Shown: positions 37,804-43,935 of the stretch, in pieces
Position numbering within the stretch: position 1 is the stretch's first letter
Layout of the letters: the number at the start of each line of letters is the position of its first letter
Assembly: GCA_046715155.1 (NCBI GenBank)
Contig: JBKJZI010000236.1
Coordinates: 1-54,332, forward strand
From: Chthonomonadales bacterium
Lineage (GTDB): Bacteria > Armatimonadota > Chthonomonadetes > Chthonomonadales > CAJBBX01
Direction: 5' to 3'
Length of the DNA: 54,332 nucleotides
Notes under the pieces: generated by a model
Seen by the model: only the letters and a program-made list of their open reading frames with translations
Databases searched by the model: none
What the model was told of the DNA's origin: nothing
Made by a program: the position numbers and the translations under genes

Positions 37804-38738
37804 CTTTCCGTCTCAAATCGGTCACCCGGTGAAATGCGAGCCCCGCGAGCCCACTCTGCGCCGGACATTCGGCGGCTGTTTTCGGGCTGCACTTCCAATA
37901 GATCAACAGCGCCATTCCCGGTTCCTACGGTCACGGAATCGCGGCTGCTGGAAACGACGGTTCCAGGCTCTTTCTCCGGAAGGGGAGATACCGCTACCGA
38001 CCACAACTTGATCCTGCGCCCGCGGAAGTAGGCGAAGATGCCCGGCCGAGGTGAGAGCGCCCGCACCCGGTTGCGAATTCTCGTCGCGGGCTCGTTCCAT
38101 CGGACAGCAGTGTCTTCAGGTGTGATAGCAGGGGCGTGTGTTGCGAGCGCGTCGTCTTGCGGAATCCGCGCGATAGTCCCTTCCTGAATCTGCCTAAACG
38201 TCTCCAGAAGCAGCTCGGCGCCTGCGGCGGCCATCCTGGGGACGAGCGTGCCGGTTGTATCCTCCGGATCGATCGGAACTTCCAGTTTGAGCAGAATATC
38301 TCCGGTATCCAGAGTTGCGTCCATCCACATGGTGGTTACGCCCGTTACGGTCTCGCCGTTCAAGATAGCGTATTGTATCGGAGCAGCTCCCCTATATGCC
38401 GGAAGCAATGACCCGTGCACGTTGATAGGGCCCTTCGGCGGTAGATCCAGCAGCGCCTGCGGAATGATCTGCCCAAACGCCGCGAGCGCCAGCGCCTCCG
38501 GATTCATCTCCCTCGCCTGTAAGATGAACGATTCCGCTCGCACCCGCTTCGGCTGCAGGACGGGCAGACCCAACCGGAGAGCCGCGTGTTTGACCGGTGA
38601 GAACGCCACCTTTAAACCTCGTCCTTGCGGCCTGTCCGGCTGAGTAACGACCGCCAAAACTTCATGTCGGCCGGATTCCGCCAGCGCCTCTAAGGAAAGC
38701 ACCGCGAACTCAGCCGTCCCGAAGAAAAGCACGCGCAT
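37791..38738 (-). CDS. fmt: methionyl-tRNA formyltransferase
   Basis: MRVLFFGTAEFAV..., VVTQPDRPQGRG, HGSLLPAYRGAAPIQYAILNGE, TGVTTMWMDATLDTGDIL. Confidence 0.93.
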   Translation of the reverse strand: MRVLFFGTAEFAVLSLEALAESGRHEVLAVVTQPDRPQGRGLKVAFSPVKHAALRLGLPVLQPKRVRAESFILQAREMNPEALALAAFGQIIPQALLDLPPKGPINVHGSLLPAYRGAAPIQYAILNGETVTGVTTMWMDATLDTGDILLKLEVPIDPEDTTGTLVPRMAAAGAELLLETFRQIQEGTIARIPQDDALATHAPAITPEDTAVRWNEPATRIRNRVRALSPRPGIFAYFRGRRIKLWSVAVSPLPEKEPGTVVSSSRDSVTVGTGNGAVDLLEVQPENSRRMSGAEWARGARISPGDRFETESSNQ

Positions 38739-38739
38739 T

Positions 38740-38767
38740 GAGAATTAGCCGCAAATGAACGCGAATG
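38740..38767. repeat. left arm of a 27/28-nt inverted repeat bracketing the GxxExxY insert
   Basis: gagaatTAGCCGCAAATGAACGCGAATG is the reverse complement of 39154-39180, apart from one extra T. Confidence 0.9.
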
Positions 38768-38780
38768 GACGGGAATGGAT

Positions 38781-39166
38781 TCAAAAGTCAAGAACGATTC
38801 GTTTCCATTCCATGCGTGGGTGCTGAAAGTTTATTAGGAGGGCGATCTTGATGTTGGTCGCCCGAAGGTAATTTAGGCATTGAGCCATGTGTTCATCACT
38901 GAAGCATTCAACACACTTTAGCTCAATGACCAGGCAGCCCTCGATTAGAATGTCGGCGAAATACTCACCGACGAGTTCCCCCTTATACAGGACAGGGACC
39001 GGAACCTGGGACTCGGCCCTGATCCCAATTGAACGAAGTTCCTGAATAAGCGCCCGCTCATCACTTTCTCAAGAAATGCGGCGCCCAGCACATTGGAAAC
39101 CTCATAGGCGGCTCCAATTACCCGGCGAACCAGGTCGTTCAAGTATTCGCGTTCATTCGCGTTCAT
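38781..39166 (-). pseudogene. GxxExxY-family (PD-(D/E)xK-like) protein gene, interrupted by a 1-nt frameshift near 39060-39064
   Basis: Frame 1: MNANEREYLNDLVRRVIGAAYEVSNVLGAAFLEKV. After the frame shift (one base missing, near 39060-39064): ERALIQELRSIGIRAESQVPVPVLYKGELVGEYFADILIEGCLVIELKCVECFSDEHMAQCLNYLRATNIKIALLINFQHPRMEWKRIVLDF*. Restoring one base (..EKV-Y-ERAL..) gives a complete 128-aa family member. Confidence 0.8.
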
Positions 39167-39180
39167 TTGCGGCTATTCTC
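39154..39180. repeat. right arm of the inverted repeat bracketing the GxxExxY insert; overlaps the def stop and the GxxExxY start
   Basis: CATTCGCGTTCATTTGCGGCTAttctc. It contains the tandem decamer (TCGCGTTCAT)x2 that encodes the MNANERE N-terminus on the minus strand. Confidence 0.9.
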
Positions 39181-39745
39181 GCATCTCCGGATCGTCTTCT
39201 TCATCCAGCTCCGATTCGACGAGCCAGTGAAGGGTCTCGCGCTCGGCTCGCTGGAAGAAGAGGATTCCGTCCAGGTGGTCGATTTCGTGCTGGATAACGC
39301 GCGCTTCGAGCTCACGGGCGCGGCGGCGGAACGGCCGGCCGAGAAGGTCCATGCCTTTGACGATAACTTCATTGGCGCGTTTGACCTCGCCCTGCAGGCG
39401 CGGAATAGAGAGGCAGCCCTCCGTTCCGATCTGTTCTCCTTTCAAGGAGACGATCTTCGGATTCACCACCACTCGCACCGGTTCATCCTCCTCCGGAAGC
39501 CTGTAAATGATTACGCGCTCCGAGACCCCGATCTGAGGGGCGGCGAGTCCGATGCCGCGCCAGTCGGCCATCGCCTGTTTCATCCGGTCGACGAGCTGAC
39601 GCGTTGCAGCAGTCGGCTTAACGACCGCAGTTGACGGCCGTTCCAACACCGGATCCGGATACTTGACGATGGGGCCGTCCAACTCATCCCACAGCGCCCG
39701 GATATCGGGCGGAATCTCGAGTTGGAACTCTTTGTCGATCAGCAT
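39173..39745 (-). CDS. def: peptide deformylase
   Basis: GIGLAAPQIG, EGCLSIP, HEIDHLDG (the three PDF motifs). Confidence 0.93.
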   Translation of the reverse strand: MLIDKEFQLEIPPDIRALWDELDGPIVKYPDPVLERPSTAVVKPTAATRQLVDRMKQAMADWRGIGLAAPQIGVSERVIIYRLPEEDEPVRVVVNPKIVSLKGEQIGTEGCLSIPRLQGEVKRANEVIVKGMDLLGRPFRRRARELEARVIQHEIDHLDGILFFQRAERETLHWLVESELDEEDDPEMRE

Positions 39746-39810
39746 GGGGAGTTTCTACCGGCAGTCTCTCCCGTCAGTATACCTTGACGCGAGTCCACGT
39801 GTTTGTGAGA

Positions 39811-39883
39811 GTGTGGAGTGATGGAAGCGTTGGCGTATTGGAGTGATGGGTCGCAATACTCCATCACTCCCTTACTCCATACC
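39811..39883. repeat. hairpin of GGAGTGAT-type octamers between the kinase-like gene stop and the def start
   Basis: The core is a perfect 10-bp stem, GGAGTGATGG (39840-39849) / CCATCACTCC (39861-39870). The flanks repeat ggagtgatgg / ctccat units. Confidence 0.75.
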
Positions 39884-39888
39884 ACTTG

Positions 39889-40821
39889 TCATCGCGGCTG
39901 GATTCGCAACAGGTCCATCTGGGACAGGGAATAATCGGCGAGAGTGTGGCGTTTCTGCGCATGATACCGGCCGAATTCCGCGGCGGAAACCATGCCGGTG
40001 CGCACTTCGAGAGGGGCGCGCTGCTGCTCCAAATCCGAGATGGCTTCCGCCGCAGTCTCGTAACGATAGCTTGGCGACTTGGCGAGCATCTTCGCCAGGA
40101 CGTCTCGAACGAAGGGCGGCTGATTCAGCAAGGGCGCCGGGATACTGGAGCGTACTTTTGCGACGACCTCGTGGCCGGTCTCACCGGTGAATGGGGCCTT
40201 GGCGCTCAGCAATTCATACATGACTGCGCCCATCCCGTATACGTCTGAGCGAAGGTCACCTTCGAATCCTGCAAGCTGCTCGGGCGAAACGTATGGCGAG
40301 CCGGTCTTGTCGCGCGTGTGGCCCAGGCCAAAATTGATCACCCTCACGCTGCCGTTAGGCGTCAGCAAGATATTGTATGGCGTGATATCGGTGTGGCACT
40401 GGCCGTTGGCGGCCGCGTAGTCCACTGCGTCCGCCACCTGGCGGAAGACTTCAATGGCAAATGCCAGCGGCTGCGGCCCGTCGTTGTCGATGATGCTGCG
40501 GATGGTGCGGCCGTCGAAGTATTCGGTGGCGACATAGAAAAGCGCGCCTTGCTCTCCGAAGGCAAAGATCTTCTGTATGGCCGCATGAGAATCCACGCGC
40601 TCGTGAGCGGCGAGGAGCTCCCTGAAACGGTCAACGGCCTGCGTCCATTGTTCCTCGTCCGCGCCGGCGGGCCGGGCGAATCCACGGAAGACCGCAATCC
40701 GGCCCGTGGCTATTTCGCGGGCTCGATAGACTTTTCCCAGGGGGCCGCGTCCGAGCTCGCCATGAATCTCATATCCGGCGATGACGGGCAGTCCCTGGCT
40801 GGCTACGGATTCCGCGGGCAT
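39889..40821 (-). CDS. Hanks-type Ser/Thr kinase-fold protein lacking key catalytic residues (probable pseudokinase)
   Basis: G-loop GELGRGPLGKVY. VAIK is replaced by IAVFR (no beta3 Lys). HRD becomes HTDITPYN. DFG becomes INFG. APE-like SPYVSPEQ is retained. Confidence 0.8.
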   Translation of the reverse strand: MPAESVASQGLPVIAGYEIHGELGRGPLGKVYRAREIATGRIAVFRGFARPAGADEEQWTQAVDRFRELLAAHERVDSHAAIQKIFAFGEQGALFYVATEYFDGRTIRSIIDNDGPQPLAFAIEVFRQVADAVDYAAANGQCHTDITPYNILLTPNGSVRVINFGLGHTRDKTGSPYVSPEQLAGFEGDLRSDVYGMGAVMYELLSAKAPFTGETGHEVVAKVRSSIPAPLLNQPPFVRDVLAKMLAKSPSYRYETAAEAISDLEQQRAPLEVRTGMVSAAEFGRYHAQKRHTLADYSLSQMDLLRIQPR

Positions 40822-40918
40822 GGCTCTCCTGGTAGGGAAGGGTTACGAGGTTGTTTTCGTTCGCTTGCGCGCCGTGATAATATCACGCACACGGCGGCTT
40901 GGTCAACGCGCGGGGCCT

Positions 40919-40988
40919 CGTGAGTGGTGAGCCAGTGATTGAGAGTAAGTTGTCCGTAGTTCACTCACTCACTCAACCGCTCACACAC
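40919..40988. repeat. imperfect hairpin of GTGAGTG / TCACTCAC units in a divergent intergenic region
   Basis: Left arm cgtgagtggtgagccagtgattgagagtaag, loop ttgtccgtagt, right arm tcactcactcactcaaccgctcacacac. Confidence 0.6.
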
Positions 40989-41028
40989 AACATGGAACAA
41001 CTTTTCATTCCACCCTGGAGAAACTGTT

Positions 41029-41460
41029 ATGAGGCACACGGTCCTGCTGGCTTTTGCGCTGCTGGTTGTTATCACCTCGGCGAGCGCGATCGCTCCGCGG
41101 AAGCGGTATGTTCGGCGGTCTTCGGCCGCCGGCCTAACGCGGTCTCTTTTGGCGCAGAGCAGCCGGTACCTGGCTGGAGTTCGAGCGGAGTGGAAACGCC
41201 AGCCGGTGCGGGTAGGGGGCGGCTTCAAGCGGTACGCGCCGTTCACCGTCGTCTCTACCGCAGCCGACGTTGAAAAGTCTGATTCCGCGTCCGCGCCATT
41301 CCGTGGGCATCTGACTATCAAGGTGAAGTACCGCGAGACGGCATTGCATGAGAATCCCCGTGAAGCGCTGCGCGCTCCGCTGCGCGCCGAGCGGGAGTTC
41401 GCTTTCGAGCCGGCTTTCGCATTCCGTCACGGCAAGTGGGTGGCGGCGTCGGAAGAATGA
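41029..41460 (+). CDS. hypothetical exported protein
   Basis: RBS GGAGAA. Signal peptide MRHTVLLAFALLVVITSASA. 143 aa. Confidence 0.65.
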   Translation: MRHTVLLAFALLVVITSASAIAPRKRYVRRSSAAGLTRSLLAQSSRYLAGVRAEWKRQPVRVGGGFKRYAPFTVVSTAADVEKSDSASAPFRGHLTIKVKYRETALHENPREALRAPLRAEREFAFEPAFAFRHGKWVAASEE

Positions 41461-41544
41461 GTGTGGAAGTGTGGAGGTGTGGAAGTGTGGAAGATTCTGG
41501 GGTCGTGTCTTGCATACCTCCACACTTCCACACTTCCACTCTTC
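41461..41544. repeat. hairpin of GTGTGGAA octamers immediately after a stop codon
   Basis: Left arm (gtgtggaa/gtgtggag)x4 at 41461-41493. Right arm cctccacacttccacacttccactcttc at 41517-41544. One register gives a perfect 15-bp pairing, 41479-41493 with 41525-41539. Confidence 0.85.
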
Positions 41545-41591
41545 GAATCGGCTGGATCCTAAAAAATTAGCGCAAATTTGTCCCCCGGCCG

Positions 41592-41620
41592 TTGACAATC
41601 GTCGATATACTCCATATAAT
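41592..41620 (+). promoter_or_regulatory. perfect consensus sigma70-type promoter, TTGACA-17 nt-TATAAT
   Basis: TTGACA at 41592-41597, a 17-nt spacer, TATAAT at 41615-41620. An A/T-rich tract (taaaaaattagcgcaaatttg, 41560-41580) lies upstream. The next ATG with an RBS is 41660. Confidence 0.7.
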
Positions 41621-41659
41621 GGAGGAAATGTAGAAGATTGTACACTGGAAAGGACGGCA

Positions 41660-42229
41660 ATGGAACATTCGCAACCATTCTCGGACGAGCAGCTTGCCCT
41701 GGAGCGCGTGGCCGACCGCATCCTGGAGACCTTCCCTTCGGACCCCGACCGTCCCGCCTATACCGAGCGGCAGTTGGCCCGCCACGGCAAACACCTTGTT
41801 GTTGTGAGCATCTACAGCCTGTCCGAAAGGATGGTGGCTGAGCCCCAGGAGTTCCGCGACGAGCTGCGATTCCTCATGTCCGTCACCCGGTTACGGCCGG
41901 AGCAGCGGCGCTGCCTTCGATTGTGGGTGGATGGCTGGAGCCAGTGGGAAATAGCCACGGCCTACGGCGTTCCGCAGCAAACAATCTCTTACCGAATCCG
42001 CCGCGCACTACGCGCTTGCTATGATTCCGCCCCCCTATCCTTCCGCCGCTTCAGCTATCACAGCATCTATCGTAAGCCTCGCAATGGCCGCGACTTCACT
42101 ATTCTGCGCAAGTGCACACACTGCGAGGACGCGTATTCCCTGGGAGTCGGGTTGGGGCGCTACTGCTCTCTCCGCTGCCGGGAGGCCGCCCGCCATTCCA
42201 GCGCGGAAAAAATCGCAGCTCCATATTGA
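41660..42229 (+). CDS. sigma-70 region-4-like HTH protein with C-terminal zinc-ribbon
   Basis: ATG 41660 follows GGAAAGGA. LRPEQRRCLRLWVDGWSQWEIATAYGVPQQTISYRIRRALRA (r4/LuxR-type HTH). C-terminal CTHCEDAY...YCSLRCREAA. Confidence 0.7.
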   Translation: MEHSQPFSDEQLALERVADRILETFPSDPDRPAYTERQLARHGKHLVVVSIYSLSERMVAEPQEFRDELRFLMSVTRLRPEQRRCLRLWVDGWSQWEIATAYGVPQQTISYRIRRALRACYDSAPLSFRRFSYHSIYRKPRNGRDFTILRKCTHCEDAYSLGVGLGRYCSLRCREAARHSSAEKIAAPY

Positions 42230-42860
42230 CTCTCGCGACGAAAAGTGGGAATATGGTCACGTCGCACGTTCGCCGGTGGCCAGAAACTCTCAGCAACGCC
42301 GCCGGCACTTGCTGCCGAACAAGGAGGGCCTACGGTTTTGATACCGCCGGACAGTCTAACGGAAAGCAGCCGGGAGAGGGCCTGACCCTGACTGAACGTC
42401 GCCGAGCTACCGCCACCGTCCCACGGGACAGCGACGGCTCCGACGAGACTCCAGGCGCAGAGAACGCGCACGAAAAGGGCGGCTCTCTCCCGGTTTCCCG
42501 TTTGCACCCCCTCCTCTTCGCAATCACCTCGGAACCATTTCGCAATCCAGCCTTCGCCTGACCCGGATTACCCTCAATTCTGTCGGAACTACCATTCGCC
42601 GGATTATCGGATTTCACGGACTTCGACCCCCTACCAGAGGGATGAATATCCGGCGACTGAACTGCCCTGTCCCGCCCAGGCCCCTCAAAAACCTCAAAAA
42701 CCGCCCCGAACGGCCAAAAAACCCCAAAAAACTTCAAGAAAAGTAGCGCGTGAACCGAAAACGGCTTAATCTTGAAGTTCCCTTGAAGTTCCACTCTCTA
42801 TAATGGCTCATGCAGCATAACGAATATCGTTTGCTCGCATCCCATAGGGAGGGAAACTGA

Positions 42861-43298
42861 ATGAACCGCACCACCGGCAGCACCGTATCCAGCCCAACGT
42901 TCCGCTCTCGCTTCGCCCGCATCGTCACGGCGTTCTACCTGCTCACCGTGTCCACCGCGGCGCTTGCCGTGGTGGTGACCATCCCGATCCACATCTCGAC
43001 GCCGTCCTCCGTAACCGGCGGGAACAACTTCACGACGACTGTAGGCACGGGATCCGCAATTTCACAGAACGGAGCGGTACTGGTCAGCACCACGCGCCCG
43101 GACATCCTTACCTCGCCGACTGCGAGCTGGCCCTACACCCTGACCATCCCGGCAAACACGACGAGCGGCGCATTCTCGGTCAGCGCATCCAGCGTCAGCT
43201 CCTCGCAGAACGCCACGATCGTCACCTGCGCAACCAACGAAGACATCTCGAATCCGAACAACTGGCGCGCAACCTTCAGCGTGACCGTCAATCCGTAG
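42861..43298 (+). CDS. hypothetical membrane-anchored Ser/Thr-rich protein
   Basis: RBS GGGAGGGA. TM helix IVTAFYLLTVSTAALAVVVTI. 145 aa. Confidence 0.65.
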   Translation: MNRTTGSTVSSPTFRSRFARIVTAFYLLTVSTAALAVVVTIPIHISTPSSVTGGNNFTTTVGTGSAISQNGAVLVSTTRPDILTSPTASWPYTLTIPANTTSGAFSVSASSVSSSQNATIVTCATNEDISNPNNWRATFSVTVNP

Positions 43299-43330
43299 TC
43301 GCCTTTCGGCCGGAATGAGGCTCGGCAGAA

Positions 43331-43396
43331 CTGGAGTAATGGAGCATTGGAGTAATGGGCCCAACTCACTCCAACACTCCATCACTCCATCACTCC
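43331..43396. repeat. hairpin of TGGAGTAA / CACTCCAT octamers after a stop codon
   Basis: Left arm ctggagtaatggagcattggagtaatgg, loop gcccaact, right arm cactccaacactccatcactccatcactcc. Same unit family as 39811-39883. Confidence 0.8.
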
Positions 43397-43456
43397 GTTG
43401 CCCTCCTCCGGCCGGACCCGACGGTGCCTGGGCCGGCGACAGACCCACGGCACCCC

Positions 43457-43488
43457 GCGGGCGGGCGGACTGGGAGACGCCCGCCCGC
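43457..43488. other. GC-only 11-bp hairpin
   Basis: gcgggcgggcg-gactgggaga-cgcccgcccgc. No T-tract follows. Confidence 0.5.
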
Positions 43489-43707
43489 ACTTACAGATCG
43501 AGGACAATCGGCTTCGTATGGCGGCGCCTTGGATCATAAATCTGCCCCGCTATAGTTGAATGAGTCCCGAATCTTGCGCCCGGCTCGCATCATCTGTTCA
43601 TATACTCTCCCGACCTGCGGAACAACTATACTTGGAATGGAACCGGTGACCGCGGATTCCGTCGCGTCTTGAAGCTGGATCCTGTTCTGATACGGCCGTG
43701 GATTCCG

Positions 43708-43736
43708 TTGCAAAGCTCAGCCCGGTATGGTAAGAT
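43708..43736 (+). promoter_or_regulatory. candidate promoter of tRNA-Ser
   Basis: TTGCAA (43708-43713), a 17-nt spacer, TAAGAT (43731-43736). The tRNA 5' end is at 43750. Confidence 0.5.
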
Positions 43737-43749
43737 AGCGCGTTGTCGC

Positions 43750-43838
43750 GGAGAGGTGGCTGAGTGGTCGATAGCGGCGGTTTGCTAAACCGTTATAGGC
43801 TTTAAACCCTATCCCGGGTTCGAATCCCGGCCTCTCCG
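43750..43838 (+). tRNA. tRNA-Ser (anticodon GCU), class II with long variable arm
   Basis: Acceptor GGAGAGG/CCTCTCC, D-arm GCTGAGTGGTCGATAGC, anticodon stem-loop GCGGT-TTGCTAA-ACCGT, variable arm TATAGGCTTTAAACCCTAT, T-arm CCCGGGTTCGAATCCCGG, discriminator G. The CCA end is not fully encoded. Confidence 0.93.
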
Positions 43839-43848
43839 CCGGGAAACA

Positions 43849-43935
43849 CAGTAATCAGTTATCAGTGTTCAGTCATCAGTAAAGGCCGCAAAACTGATCA
43901 CTGATTACCGATCACTGATCACTTACGATCATCAG
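43849..43935. repeat. long imperfect hairpin of CAGTNAT / ACTGATC heptamers directly after the tRNA
   Basis: Left arm cagtaatcagttatcagtgttcagtcatcagt (43849-43880), loop aaaggccgcaaa, right arm actgatc-actgatt-accgatc-actgatc-acttacg. About 26 of 32 positions are complementary. Confidence 0.8.

Noticed and set aside
41621-41633. GGAGG-aa-ATG-TAG start-stop mini-ORF upstream of gene 41660
   Set aside because: The predicted transcription start, about 7 nt after the -10 hexamer ending at 41620, would exclude the SD sequence from the mRNA. This is probably coincidental.
42112-42794. ORFs 42112..42561 (plus strand) and 42330..42794 (minus strand) as real genes
   Set aside because: The translations are low-complexity with no RBS. 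The two overlap each other and the 3' end of gene 41660..42229. The region is treated as non-coding, with low certainty.
43750-43838. Whether the long-variable-arm tRNA could be tRNA-Sec, which would support the TGA recoding
   Set aside because: The anticodon loop reads TTGCTAA (anticodon GCT, Ser). The acceptor stem is 7 bp, not the 8 bp of bacterial tRNA-Sec. It gives no evidence either way about Sec machinery.
16252-43935. Whether the tandem-oligomer arrays could be CRISPR arrays
   Set aside because: The units are only 6-8 nt, directly abutting with no spacers, and are arranged as complementary arms. No cas genes are present.
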